A DNA stretch of 64,000 bases from Squalus acanthias (Eukaryota): assembly GCA_030390025.1 (NCBI GenBank), contig CM059433.1:28832001-28896000 (forward strand), read 5' to 3'. This document shows positions 10,820 through 24,080 of the stretch, piece by piece. Made by a program: the position numbers and the translations under genes. Position 1 is the stretch's first letter; each line of letters starts with the position of its first letter. Under the pieces are notes generated by a model, which saw nothing but the letters and a program-made list of their open reading frames with translations, was not told where the DNA came from and made no database searches.

Positions 10820-11624
10820 GAACCACATCAAGCTTTAAGAGGACATTCACTCCCTATCAATGACCACACCCTAGCAGCGATGGAGACCTGATTTGAGAGC
10901 CTCCAAGTCAGTAAGAAACTTGTACTCTGGTGTGAAATCGTACTGTGCCGGACGAGTGTATGAATGCTTAGCGCTTTCACAATGAAATTGCTTTGTTTGC
11001 TATTTGAACAGAGACATGAACCTGCTTGATACAGCAGAAGTTCACACCAACGCATTAAGTGTTCATGCATTTCTATCACACAACCTGAATTCACCCTATA
11101 CAAAAACACCACAAAAAAGTATTCTCCTCATACTTTCTTCTGTATAGCAAGGGAGAACTTTGAACAAAGCTACTCTCCCGAGAATTCTTCCTTTTTAATC
11201 TTACATTTAAGTAACAAAAATACCACAATTGGGGAAACTGAGAAGCAGTTTGCTTTTTAGACCAAACACTCTTGACCCGGTGATATCTACAAGACCTCCC
11301 TTGGGTTTCTACCAATTGACCAATAATAGGTATCCCTGTGTAAATTAACTAGAACTATCTCCACCTTTAGCTGTTCTGCTACCCATTGATTATTAATTGC
11401 ATTATTAAAGGGCTAACCGGGGCAATCTCTACTTTACTTCCGTGCACTACTTATCCACTGCAAACAGGCAGACTAATTATTAGCAAAGCAAGCACTCTGA
11501 GCTAATTGGATCTGAATCTATAGACCATCTATTACTAATAGATTTAACCTGAGTAACAGTTCTTGGTGAGAAAATATATGCAGAAGACAAGGATTTGCTA
11601 CAAATTCTGTGCTGGGGTGGGGAA

Positions 11625-12073
11625 GAAAGAAAAGAGACTTCCATTTATATCGTGCCTTTCATGACCTCAGGACGTCCCAAAGCTTTTTACAGCCAATGCA
11701 GTACTTTTGAAGTGTAGTCACTGTTTTAATGTAGCAAACGCAGCAGCCAATTTGTACACAGCAAGATTCCACAAACAGCAATGTGATAATAACCAGATCA
11801 TCTGTTTTAGGTTTTGGTTGAGGGATAAATATTGGCCAAGAGACCAAGGAATAACTCCACTGCTCTTCTTCAAATAGTGCCATGGGATCTTTTACATCCA
11901 CCTGAGAGAGCAGACAAGGCTTTAGTTTAACATCTCATCAAAAATACAGAACCTCAGTACTGCACTGAAGTGTCAGCCTAGATTATGCGCTCAAGTCTCC
12001 GGAGTGGGGCTTAGAACCCACGATCTTCTGACTCCAGAGGCAAGAATGCTACCACTGAGCCACGGCTGACACT
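11625..12073 (-). mobile_element. Full-length Deu-domain SINE with tRNA-derived head
   Basis: Head GTGTCAGCCGTGGCTCAGTGGTAGC...GGTTCTAAGCCC (A/B boxes), Deu core, L2-like tail. Confidence 0.85.
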
Positions 12074-12222
12074 GTTAGGAGGTTAAACGTCCAAATGAAA
12101 GGTTACAGCAATGGAGGAGCTCATTAATTGGATAAATACAACAGGAGAGATGACTGGCGAGTTGAACTATTTATGATGTATTTCACATCATCAGGAAATC
12201 CCTCCACCCGCTTCACAACTCA

Positions 12223-13862
12223 CTGTGGCTTCTCTTTCTGCTCCCACACCATTACCACTGGAGCCCCCCCAAGGATCTATCCTTGGCCCCCTCCTATTTC
12301 TCATCTACATGCTGACCATCAGCGACATCATCCAAAAACACAACATCAGGTTCCATATGTACGTTGACGATACCCAACTCTACCTCAGCACCACCTCTCA
12401 ATCCCTCCGCTGTCTCTAAATTGTCACACTGCTTGTCTGACAATACTGGATGAGCAGAAATTTCCTCCAACTAAATATTAGGAAGACAGAAGACAAAGGA
12501 CGCGCAATTCGGTTACGCCCTGCTTCCTGGTGGGGCGGTAGCCGAGGCGCGATCTGCAGCGCTCTGCGGAGCGTGGCCGCGTTTCAACGCCCCTCCCCTT
12601 CAGTTAAAGGGGAGGGCTGTTGAGCACTCTGCAGGGCCTCTGATGGCCAACACTAGGCCACCAGGGCGGCGCGGTGCCGGACTGTGCGATGGCGGCCAGG
12701 ACCATGCCACGGCACTCCATGGAGGGTCGACCTGGAGGTCGGCCAAAAAAAGAAAATGGCGGCGCGGGTCGCGGCCGCACCTCCCCTTTAAATACCACCC
12801 CGCGAGCAGAGGTTGGCCCGGTTCACGACCCGCAAGGTTGGCGCTGACATCGCCCACGGCAGCCTCGTGGGGCGCAGCCGATTTTCTGCTGCAGGGTGGT
12901 AAGGGGTCGCGGCGCACGGCGATGACGTCATCGCCGGCGGTGCAGCGGCCCAGGGCGCTACCGGGTAGCGCCTCAGCAATGCCCCGCCGAATTTCTCGGG
13001 AGGCGCTTTTTCTGCCCCCCCGCGGGCGATAAGCCCTTTGCGCCCGTTAGCGCCCCCCGAAGGTGCTAATGGCAGGCGCAAAGGAGCCAAATTTCTAGCC
13101 CATTGTCTTCGATCCCTGCCACAAACTCCGTTCCCTTGCCACCGACTCCATCCCTCACCCTGGCAACTGTCTGAGGCTGAACAGACCATTCACAACCGTG
13201 GCGTCTTATTTGACCATGAGATGAGCTTCCGACCACATATCTGCTCCAGCACCAAGACCGCCTATTTTCACCTCCGGAACATCACCTGACTCCGCCCCTG
13301 CCTCAGCTTATCTGCTGCTGAAACCCTCATCCATGCCTATGATGCCTCTAAGATTTGATTACTCCAATGCACTCCTGGCCGGCCTCCCATCTTCCACCCT
13401 CCATAAACTTGAACTCATCCAAAGCTCTGTTGCCAGTATTCCATCTCGCACCAAGTCCCGTTAACAATTTTAAAATTCTCATCCTTGTGTTCAAATCCCT
13501 CCACGGACTCGCCCCTCTCTATCTCTGTAACCTCCTCCAACCTGGAGATCTCTGCACTCCTCTAATTCTGGCCTCTTGCACATCCCCGATTTTCATCGCT
13601 CCACCATTGGCGGCCGTGCCTTCAGCTGCCTGGGCCTTAAGCTCTGGAATTCTCTCCCTAAACTTCTCCGCCTCTCTACCTCTCTTTCCTCCTTTAAGTC
13701 GGTCCTTAAAACCTAGCTCTTTGACCAAGCTTTTGGTCACCTGCCCTAATTTCTCCTTATGTGGCTCGGTGTCAAATTGTTATGTCTGATAACATTCCTG
13801 TGATGCACCTTTGGATGTTTTACTACGTTAAAGGCGCTATATAAATGCAAGTAGTTGTTGCT
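12223..13862 (+). mobile_element. L2 LINE fragment interrupted by a GC-rich MITE
   Basis: [25 protein letters not shown] motifs; tail AAGGCGCTATATAAATGCAAGTAGTTG. Confidence 0.8.
12498..13101. mobile_element. GC-rich PIF/Harbinger-type MITE
   Basis: Shares GGCGATGACGTCATCGCC and CCGTTAGCGCC blocks with 24613, 31874 and 52986; right end AAATTTCTAGCCC; TSD not clear. Confidence 0.7.
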
Positions 13863-14499
13863 GAGATGCTATAAGTGAAGTTAAGCACTAACTACCGTTC
13901 ATATTCAATTGCAGTGACTCTGACATTTTGGAAGAATTTGTCTTCAAGAAATGTTGAAGCCGATGACCCTCTGCCAATGCGTTTCTTAGAACAGGTGAAA
14001 CCCAAACAGGGCATTTTTCCGCATTTGCCATCTATAGTGAAATCGTAACTCGTATAAAAAACATGCTTTTTGATCTCCTTATCATCGATGAACTAAGTGA
14101 ACCATTCCCCTTTAGAACTCAAGTAAGAAATGGAGCATTTGCGCTCTTTACTTGCACTAAGAATCTTTGGTGGTAAGGCACACGCCTCCCATCCTGCAGT
14201 GCGGTGAAAGGGTAAAACCGGGTCACTGTTTTTGGAAGAAGAATGCGGTTTTCTGTAGATGCAGCAGATATTTTTGGCTAGCCTGCGAATCCCGAAGTGC
14301 TGCTGCTTTTCCTCAGTCATGCTACTTGAGGTCGGGACGTTCCAATTAAAATGGGACAGTTGAGAAGCATGACAGGACAGGCCTAAGATCACACAATTCT
14401 TCCACACTAGACCAAAAAAACGAGACAGGTGCATACCCACCATGAGATCCTGCAATGCACTCTCTACTGAATTAATAGGGAGTCAGCAAGAAAATTGAA

Positions 14500-17400
14500 T
14501 GTACCTCTACTCACAGTAATGGAGATAAAAATTAATGGTGAAAATACCCAACTGGAAGTGAGCCAATTTCAGTGATTTGAGAAGGGATTTAGCACAGGTA
14601 GACTTGAAACCATGATTGGCCAGGAAAACTGTAGATGAGCAATGGCAGGCCTTCAAGATGGAGATATTTTGGGTACAAACCAAGCATATTCCCATAAGGC
14701 GGAAAGATGGGGCATCCAAAGCTAGAGCTCCCTGGATGACAAAGGTAATAGAGGTTAAAATAAAACTGAAAAAGGTTTATGACAAATGTCATGGACAGAA
14801 TACAACAACAACAACTTGTATTTATATAGCACCTATAACGTAGTAAAATGTCCCAAGGTGCTTCACAGGAGCGTTATCAGACAAAAAAAATGACACTGAG
14901 CCACGTAAGAAATTAGGGCAGATGACCAAAAGCTTGGTCAAAGAGGTAGGTTTTAAGGAGCGTCTTAAAGGAGGAAAGAGAGGTAGCGAGGTGGAGAAGT
15001 TTAGGGAGGGAGTTCCAGAGCTTAGGGCCTAGGCAGCAGAAGGCATGGCCACCGATGGTTGAGCGATTATAATCAGGGATTTGAGGAGCGCCGATATCTT
15101 GGGGAGTTGTGGGGCTGAAGGAGATTACAGAGATAGGGAGGGGCGTGGCCATGGAGGGATTTGAAAACAATGATGAGAATTTTGAAATCAAGGCGTTGCT
15201 TAACCGGGAGCCAATGTGGGTCAGTGAGCACAGGGGTGATGGGTGAACGGGACTTGGTGCGAGTTAGGACACGGGCAGCAGAGTTTTGGATGACCTCAAG
15301 TTTACGTAGGGTAGAATGTGAGAGGCCAGCCAGGAGTGTGTTGGAATAGTCAAGTCTAGAGGTAACAAAGGCATGGATTAGGGTTTCAGCAGCAGATGGG
15401 TTGAGGCGGGGCGGAGACAGGCAATGTTACAGAGGTGGAAATAGGTGGTCTTAGTTATGCCACGGATATGTGGTCGGAAGCTCATTTCAGGGTCAAATAT
15501 GACACCAAGGTTGCAAACAGTCTGGTTCAGCCTCAGGCAGATGCTAGGGAGAGGGGTGGAGTCGGTGGTTAGGGAACGGAGTTTGTGGCGGGGACCGAAG
15601 ACAATGGCTTCGGTCTTCCCAATATTTAATTGGAGAAAATTTCTGCTTATCCAGTACTAGATGTCGGACAAGCAGTCTGACAATTTAGAGACCGTGGAGG
15701 GGTCAAGAGAAGTGGTGCTGAGGTAGAGCTGGGTGTCATCAGCATACATGTGAAACTGACGCCATATTTTCGGATGATGTCACCAAGGGGCAGCATATAG
15801 ATGAGAAATAGGAGAAACAGTCGAAAACCAGGCAGAATACAGAGAGTGCAGGGGGAAATAGAAAAAGGATATAAGAAGGGCAAGGAGAGAGTATGAGAAA
15901 AGATTAGTGGGTAACATAAAAGAGAACCCATAAATCTTTTATGAACATAGAGAAATTAAAAGGATAGCTGAAGGAATGGTGGGGCCGATACGGGACAAAA
16001 AAAGGTAATCTTCTTGTGGAGGCAGAGGGCATGACTGAGGTACTGAGTGAGTACTCTGCATCTGATTTCACAAAAGAAGAGGATGAAGTTAATGTCGCAG
16101 TAGATGAGGGGGGAGTGGAGATATTAGATAGGATAAAAAAGGAGGTGCTAAATAGGTTGGCCTCACTCAAAGTTCACAAGTCACCCGGTCCAGATAGGAT
16201 GCATCCTAGGTTGCTGAGGGAAGCTAGGGTTGAAATAGCAGAAGCTCTGACCACATTCTTTCAATCCACCTTGGATATGGGGGTGGTACAAGAGGACGGG
16301 AAGATTGCAAATGTTACACCCCTGTTCAAAATAGGGGAGAGGGATAAACCTGGTATCTGCAGGCCAGTCAGTCTAACATCAATGGTGGGAAAACTACTAG
16401 AGGCCATTATCAAGGACAAAATTAAATCTCACTTGAAGCAGTATGGGTTAATAAGGGACAGCCAGCATGGATTTGTTAAAGGCAAACCATGTCTGACTAA
16501 CCTAATTGAGTTCTTTGATGAAGTAACAGAGAGGGGTGATGAAGGTAGTGCAGGAGTTGTATATATGGACTTTCAGAAGGCATTTGATAAAGTACCACGT
16601 GACAGACTAATTGGGAAAAAAGAAGCACATGGTATTAAAGGGACGATGGTAACTTAGATATGTAATTGGTTAAAGCTAGGAGGCAGAGAGTAATGGTGAA
16701 TGGATGTTTTTCTGACTGGAGAGAAGTATGTTGCGGGGTCCACCAGGGGTCGCTATTAGGACCATTGCTTTTCTTGTTTTTATAAATGGCCTGGACTTGG
16801 GTTTAGGGAATAGAATTTCGAAGTTTGCAGGTGATACTTAACTTGGGAATGTAGTAAATAGTGAGCAGGATAGCAGCAGACTTCAGGAGGACATAGACTG
16901 ACTGGTGAAATGGGCAGATACATGGCAGATGCAATTTAATGCAGATACGTGTGAAGTGATGCACTTTGGGAGGAACAACATGGAGAGGCAGTACAATCTA
17001 AATGGTACTATTTTGAAGGGGGTGGGCTGCAAGAACAGAGGAACCTGGGGGTGCATATTCACAAATCTTTGAAGGTGGCAGGGCAAGTTGATAAGGCAGT
17101 TGAGAAAGCAGATGAGATACTTGACTTTGTAAATAGGGACATTGAATACAAAAACAAGGAAGTCATGCTAAACCTTTACAAATCACTGGTTAGGTCTCAG
17201 CTGGATTATTGTGTACAATTCTGGGCACCACACTTTAGGAAAGATGTCAAGGTCTTGGAGAGGGTATAGAGGAGGTTTACCAGGATGATACCGGGGTTGA
17301 GGGACTTCAGTTATGTGGAGAGATTGGAGAAGCTGGGATTGTTCTCCTTAGAGTAGAGAAGGTTAAGGGGAGACCTAATAGAGGTGTTCAAAATTATGAG

Positions 17401-17747
17401 GGTTTTTATAGAGCAAGTATGGAGAAACTGTTTCCTCTGGCAAGTGGGTCGGTAACCAGAGGTCATAGATTTAAAATAATTGGCAAAAGAATGAGAGGGG
17501 AAATTAGAGGAAAAATTCTTTCACACAGAGGGTTGATAAGATCTGGAACGCACTACCTGAAAGAGTGGTGGAAGCAGATTCCATAGGAACTTTCAAAAGG
17601 CAATTGGACCTGTACTTGAAGAGTACTAATTTGCAGGGTTATGGGGAAAGAGCAGGGGAGTGGGACTAATTGGAGAGATCTTTCAAAGAGCCGGCACAGG
17701 CACGACAGGCTGAATGGCCTCCTTCTGTCCTGTAAGATTCTATGATT
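14500..17747 (+). mobile_element. CR1 LINE (degenerate ORF2 to 3' tail), interrupted by an L2
   Basis: KSPGPD, RPVSLTS, QHGFVKGK.CLTNLIEFFDEV, YMDFQKAFDKV; multiple stops and frameshifts. Confidence 0.88.
14802..15815 (-). mobile_element. L2 LINE fragment inserted in CR1
   Basis: (CAA)n tail at 14802; GPKLWNSLPK..FKTLLKTYLFDQAF translation. Confidence 0.85.
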
Positions 17748-18156
17748 TGACAGCTCTGTGACTTTTTTTTAATAGTTTATAGAGACAAACATTATCTGAA
17801 TTATTTCACACCAGATCAAAATCTGTGTTTTTTCTCCAAATTATACCTCAGGGCCAATTAGGAATTGCACTTTTAAAACTGGCACTATTCCCAACTTGCC
17901 AGTACAACATCTTGATCTGAATATAAACTACTTCCTCTCATATTAACTGGGCAGAATTTATTAAGCAATGACATTATTTAAAAAATAATTGAAACAGGCC
18001 ATTTTCCAACTTTTACTGAAAGGTAAAATCAGATGTTGGGAAAACAAACCAATTACTTTCTTTGCAGTGGTTTTAAGTATACGTCAAGCCTGGGTCTATG
18101 AAAGAAAATATATCTCTGTGCAAAGTGTGTTGTGTTTAATAACTATTTGTTTTCTA

Positions 18157-18510
18157 ATCCCTCCGTGGCCTCGACCCTCCTTATTTCTGTTACATCTTCC
18201 AGCCGTACAACTCTCCGAGGTCTCTGCACACCTCCAATTCTGGCCTCTGAGCATCCCTGATTTTCATCCCTCCTCCATTGGTGGCCGTGCCTTCAGCTGC
18301 CTAGGCCCCAAGCTCGGGAATTCCCTCACTAAACCTCTCCGCCTCGCTCCTCCTTAAAACCTACCTCTTTGACCAGGCTTTTGGTCATCTGTCCTACTAT
18401 CTCCTTATGTGGCTCGGTGTCAAATTTTGTTTGATAATCGCTCCTGTGAAGCGCCTTGGGACGTTTTACTGCATTAAAGATGCCATATAAACGCAAGTTA
18501 TTGTTGTTGG
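18157..18510 (+). mobile_element. L2 LINE 3' fragment
   Basis: GGRAFSCLGPKL..NSL translation; tail ATATAAACGCAAGTTATTGTTG. Confidence 0.8.
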
Positions 18511-19582
18511 ATGGAGCTACATTTATTGGGATTATTGAATGGGACAAACCTAACCATATTTACCAGATTATGCCTCATTTTCTTTTGGCTGACATCTGGG
18601 GGAAAATGTTCCAATGTAAGCGCCAGTGGTGAGGAACCTCACCCACTGCCAATGCCGGAAAACCGGGGGAGTGGCCTCCGTCGCATGCTTGCCATCCCTG
18701 CCATCCAATTTTCCTCTGTGCCCACCTGATCCTAATGTCCAAATGCAAATTGAGGAGAATCAGCTCCATGGTGTCCTTTGGAATTGTCCATTGCTCTTCA
18801 AGTTGTGGTGAGAGCAATTACCCAAATGACATTTGATACGTCATTATTTCTTTTCACAAAGGTAATTTGCAAAGAGAAGTACAAGATCAGCCCTAATAAG
18901 ATCGCCTAGAAATCTAAGTTCCCCACTCCCAATCATAGCATCCAGTTGCCTCAAGGGTGACTCCTGCAGGACAGATGAGGGAGGCCGTTCATCCATCCTT
19001 GCATAGAAACCTAAATTCACTCCCTCCACCATCACAATTGGTATTAATCGCTCTTGATATGAAGAAGACCTTCCTGACATCAGTGCTGAACTTGCCTTTT
19101 ACCAGTTTGCACCAATATCCACTTGTTCGACAGTTGACGTTCAACTTGAAATGGTGCTCAGGATTAACCTCTTTTATTCCACTTGGTATCTTATATAGAT
19201 CTCTCATATGCTTCCTTTTAAGACTGAAGAAAGCAAGTTTTTCTAACCTTTTCACATCACAAATGCATTCAGTTGCATCAGTCTGCATTTTGGTGCATTT
19301 CACATAACGCTGTTCATCGAGGTAAAATATACATCTAGTAAGAACTTGGTTATTGTTTTAGTGTGAGAAGTTTACGAGTGGCCAAAGGAACAGAATACCA
19401 TAGGAGGCAACAGAAAAGGTAGAAAATAATATGGGTTGACTAAACTCTGACACTGCGTTTAAATGGATGAAATAAAAATAGGTAAAGGAATTGTGAAAGA
19501 GACTAAATTAGGGATAATATTTCTCTTATTTGCCACATTTATTTGCTATTTCGTATTTTATATTTCTCCTTTCTTTACTTCA

Positions 19583-19870
19583 TGATGTGGAGATGCCGGT
19601 GTTGGACTGGGGTGGACAAATGTGAGAAGTCGCACAACACCAGGTTATAGTCCAACAGCTTTATTTGAAATCACAAGCTTTCGGAGCGCTGCTCCTTCGT
19701 CAGGTGAAGTGAAGAGATGCATATAGGCACAGCATATATAGTCAGAGAACACTGCCAGATGATTACAGTTAATCTTTCCAACTGCCCTTTATCACACCTC
19801 GGCAGAGAGATAATCACGGCAATCAAAGGTGTGGATGGTGTCCAAACAGGTCAGTCAGGAAAACATTACA
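19583..19870 (-). mobile_element. Penelope-type repeat (family A)
   Basis: Shares segments with 2483 and 41416-41881; contains a hammerhead motif. Confidence 0.65.
19671..19707 (-). ncRNA. Minimal type I hammerhead ribozyme motif (family A)
   Basis: UCAC-CUGACGA-A-GGAGC-AGC-GCUCC-GAA-AGCU-U-GUGA: conserved core, 5-bp stem II, 4-bp stem I, palindromic AGCU at stem III. Confidence 0.7.
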
Positions 19871-19933
19871 TCAGTATGTCTTTCATTCTCATATCTTACA
19901 ACCAAATTCAGACGTCCTGCACAATTTGCTTAG

Positions 19934-20890
19934 GTGTCAACCGTGACTCAGTGGGTAGCCCTCTGAATCAGAAGGCTGTGGGTTCAATTCCCACTTGAGC
20001 ACAAATTCTAGGCTGATGCTCCAGACTTGCATTTAATTAACACCTTTCATGACCTCAGGACGTCCCAAAGCACTTCACAGACAATTAAGTACTTGTAAAG
20101 CAAAAACAGAAAATGCTGGAAATACTCAGCCGGTCAGGCAGCATCTGTGGAGAGAGAAACAAAGTTAAACATTCACCTTGTTCCTCGCCAGTTGCTGCCT
20201 GACCTGCTGAGTATTTCCAGTATTTTCTGTTTTATTTCAGTTTTCCAGCATCCGCAGTATTTTGCTTATGTACTTTAGAAGTGTAGTCACTGTTGTAGTG
20301 TAGGAAACGCGGCAGTTCATTCGCGCCCAGCAAAATCCCACAAACAGCAATGTGATAATGACGTGATAATCTGTTTTTTTGATGTTGGTTGAGGTATAAA
20401 TATTGGCCAGGAAATCGGGGAGAACGCCCCTGCTCTTCTTCAAAATAGTGGCATGGAATTTTTACGTCCACTTGAAAGAAAGAAGAAAGAAAGACTTGCA
20501 TTTATACAGTGCCTTTCACAACCCAAAGCGCTTTACAGCCAATGAAGTACTTTTGAAGTGTAGTCACTATTTTACTGTAGGAAACGCAGCAGCCAATTTG
20601 TACACAACAAGCTCCCAAAAGCAGCAACGTGATATTGTCCAGATAATCTATTTTAGTGATGTTAATTGAAGGATAAACATTGGCCATGACACCAGAGGTA
20701 ACTTTCTTGCTCTTGTTCAAAATAGTGCCGTGGGATCTTTTACATCCACCTGAGTGGGCAGATGGGGCCTCGGTTTAACGTCTCATCCGACAGTGTCAGC
20801 TGGATTATGGGCTCAAGTCTCTGCAGTGGGATTTGAACACATAACCTTAAGACTAAGGCAGGCATGCTACCCACTGAGCCATGACTGACA
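19934..20890. mobile_element. Cluster of Deu-domain SINE pieces, mostly minus strand
   Basis: Plus-strand head at ~19934; two minus-strand copies at ~20025-20475 and ~20485-20890. Confidence 0.75.
20096..20270. mobile_element. Penelope-type family B inverted-repeat element (older copy) inserted in a SINE
   Basis: ACAGAAAATGCTGGAAATACTCAGC arm plus inverted copy; flanked by GTACTT repeats; same architecture as 51264-51495. Confidence 0.7.
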
Positions 20891-21109
20891 CAAGTACTTG
20901 TGTATTCTATACATTCCTTTCAGCCAACCTCACAGCATTTAGGTTTTGTGTTCTTTGCTTTTTGAACGAGTAAAACGAGCATGAGAAATACATACAGGAA
21001 TTCAAGCATTAAATCGTCTACACATGTAAACTCAATTGCATAATCTCTCTGATAATTATGGCCCTTCATCACTAACTGCAATGAAATGCAACTGCTGTTT
21101 TGCCGAGAA

Positions 21110-21693
21110 TTACATAGAATTTTACAGCACAGAAACAGGCCATTTGGCCCTGACTGGTCTATGCCGGTGTTTATGCTCCACACGAGCCTCCTCCAACCCC
21201 TTTTCATCTCACCTTATCAACATATCCTTCTATTCCTTTCTCCCTCATGTGTTTATCTAGCTTCCCCTTAAATGTATCTATGCAATTCGCCTCGACTACT
21301 CCATGTGGTAGCGAGTTCCACATTCTCACCACTCTCTGAGTAAAGAAGTTTCTCCTAAATTCCTTGTTGTGTTTATTAGTAAATATTGTATATTTATGAC
21401 GCCGAGTTTTGGTCTCTCCCACAAGTGGAAACATTTTCTCTATGCCTGACCTATCGAACCCCCTCATAATTTTAAAGACCTTTATCAGGTCCTCTTCTCT
21501 TTTCTAGAGAAAAGAGCCCTAGCCTGTTAAATCTTTCCTGATAGTTCTGGTATCATCCTTGTAAATGTTTTTTGCACTTTCTCCAGTGCCTCTATATTCT
21601 TATTGCAATATGGAAACCAGAATTGAGAACAGTACTCTCTAAGTGTAGTCTAACCAAGGTTCTATGCAAGTTCAACATAACTCCTCTGCTTTT
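21110..21693 (-). mobile_element. CR1 3' fragment
   Basis: EFRRNFFTQRVVRMWNSLP translation. Confidence 0.8.
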
Positions 21694-21814
21694 GAAACAA
21701 AAATGGTGACCAACTTTTCATAGATCATTGTGTTGTGTTTTGGAGTAACTTCCTTTTCAGACAGAAAGTACACGACCTTATTGTATTTTATTAAAATAAA
21801 GGATTTACTTATTT

Positions 21815-22580
21815 GTTTAAGAAGTGTGAGGTGATGCCTTTTGGTAGGAAGAGAGGCAATAGAAATGAAATGGTACAATTTTAAAGGGGGTGTATGTACA
21901 TAAATCTTTGAAGGTGGCAAAACAAGTTGAGAAGGCTGTTAAAAAAGCATATGGGTTCCTTGGTCTTATTAATAGAGGAACACAGTACAAAAGCAAGGAA
22001 GTGATGCTAAATCTTTATGAAACACTGGTTAGGCACCAGCTGGAGTATTGTGTCCACTTCTGGGCACCATACTTTAGGAAGGATGTCAAGGCCTTAGAGA
22101 GGGTGCAGAGGAGATTTACTAGAATGGTACCAGGGATGCAGGACTTCAGTTATGTGGAGAAACTGGAGAACCTGGGGTTGTTCTTCTTAGAGCAGAGAAG
22201 GTTATGGAGAGATTTAATAGAGGTGTACAAAATCAAAAGGGTTTTGTTAGAGTAAATAAGGAGAAACTGTTTCCAGTGGCAGATGAGTCAGTAACCAGAG
22301 GACACAGATTTAAGGTAATTGGCCAAAAGAACCAGAGGTGAGGTGAGGAGAAATATTTTTACACAGCAAGTTGCTATGATCTGGAATGCACTGCCTAAAA
22401 GGGTGGTGGAAGCAGATTCAATAGTAACATTCAAAAGGGAATTAGATAAATACTTGAAGGGGAAAATTTGCAAGGCTATGCGGAAAGAGCAGGGAGAGTG
22501 GGACTAATTGGACAGCTCTTTCAAAGAGGCACGACGAGTCGAACGGCCTCTTTTGTGCTGTATCATTCTATGGTTCTAAG
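21815..22580 (+). mobile_element. CR1 3' fragment
   Basis: LVRHQLEYCVHFWAPYFRKDVKALERVQRRFTRM; ATTCTAT-type tail. Confidence 0.85.
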
Positions 22581-23414
22581 ATACAGCTTTAATTTTTTTC
22601 CACAGAAAAATTAATAATTACAACCCAAGTTGTATTGATCTCTGCAGCAAAGTCATTCATCGTTCCAGGATGATATGGTGTACAGGTGAGATCTGTATGC
22701 ATACATGTGAGAAGAAAGAAATGGATTTCGAAATTTGAAAATGATTACCAACGAAAAGCCATAGCTGAGGCATAGCTCTCGTGGTATTCAAATGAAGGGC
22801 TGATTCCTCGTTCGTGTGTTCCCAGCGAGTGCTGGTTCAGAAACTGTGATCTGCCAGTTACATCCATTTAACCCATTAACCCTTTCCTATCAACAATAGT
22901 AAGGGAATCACCATAGGAACATTCGAAGGCATGAATGAGAGAATGTCATTCTGTTCATCAAGTTGCCTGTTCCAAAGACCAGATACAATCTACCCTACCG
23001 CGATTCTACTCCATCTATTCAATCTCTCGAGAAAGGCACCTGCTGTAGTCCCCCGCTGATCCCCAGAGGGTTAGCCACCTCCATTATTGAATTTGACCAC
23101 TGACGCTCTTGACAGCGCTACATTTCCAGGTACTGAGAGACTTCTGTGAGAAACAGGCATCATATAGTTGATTCACGGTGAAGCTAATATGAACAGAGCA
23201 GTAGCAGTAGATTTCTATCAGTGCCTCCGCAGATGCCACTTGGCTAGCAATCACTAATAAATGTAAACAAAGCCTTTCGAGACTTTTGTACTACATTGGG
23301 CGACTGTAGCCATCCTGTGAGGAAGATGTGCTACATTCGAGCAGCTCACAAATATATTCAGAAGTAAGAAAAACCAAGACTGTACATGATTTTCCAAAAG
23401 GCAAAAGAACTTAC

Positions 23415-23561
23415 TGGGACCAGGAACTTCTTCACCTCTTCCAATGCATGGCTCATGCGAGAATATGCTTCTCCAGCTGGGACAAACACTTCAATTAGCA
23501 CATGGAGGTCATCACCTAAATGTGCATACTTGGCCTCTCCACTTTTCCTCAGTTCTTCTTC
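23415..23561 (-). CDS. KHDRBS2: Internal coding exon (147 bp, phase 0/0) of KH domain RNA-binding STAR protein KHDRBS2/SLM-1
   Basis: Acceptor ...TTCTTTGCACAG, donor GTAAGT; translates [58 protein letters not shown] and [10 protein letters not shown] match recalled KHDRBS2 better than KHDRBS1 or KHDRBS3. Confidence 0.92.
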
Positions 23562-23633
23562 CTGTGCAAAGAACAGAGTTACACAAATTTAGAGAGGTTT
23601 ATGCTTGCCCGTTATATTTGCATCTTTGAGCTA

Positions 23634-24080
23634 GAAAGAAAGAACCTGCATTTATACAACACCTTTCACGTCCTCAGGACGCCCCAAAGCGATTCACAGA
23701 CAATGAAATCGTTTTTTGACGTGAGTTACTGTTGTAATGTAGGCAAACGGGGCAGCCAATTTGTGCACAGCAAGATCCCACAAACAGCAGTGCGATAAAT
23801 GACCAGATAATCTGTTTTAATGGTGTAGGTTGAGGGATAAATATCGGCCAGGACACCAGCCCAGCTCTTATTTGAAATAGTGCCACGGGATCTTTTACAT
23901 CCACCTGAGAGAGCAGATGGGGTCTCGGTTTAACGTCTCATCCGACAGTGCAGCACTCCCTCAGTACTGCACTGGAGTGTCAGCCTGGATTATGTGCTCA
24001 AGTTTCTGGAGTGGGGCTCGAACCCACGATCTTTGTCACTCCAAGGCGATAGTGCTACCCACTGAGCCAAGTTTGACACC
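23634..24080 (-). mobile_element. Deu-domain SINE, tail ~70 nt upstream of the exon acceptor
   Basis: tRNA-like head, Deu core and L2-like tail. Confidence 0.85.

Noticed and set aside
12000..12073. tRNA-like sequence with A/B boxes (also ~24020, ~46310, ~61350)
   Set aside because: SINE heads that continue into the Deu core; no complete cloverleaf or terminator.
12498..13101. CpG-island promoter (likewise 24613, 31874, 52986)
   Set aside because: Dispersed homologous MITEs inserted in older repeats.
23386..23592. Plus-strand 68-aa ORF
   Set aside because: Antisense shadow of the KHDRBS2 exon.
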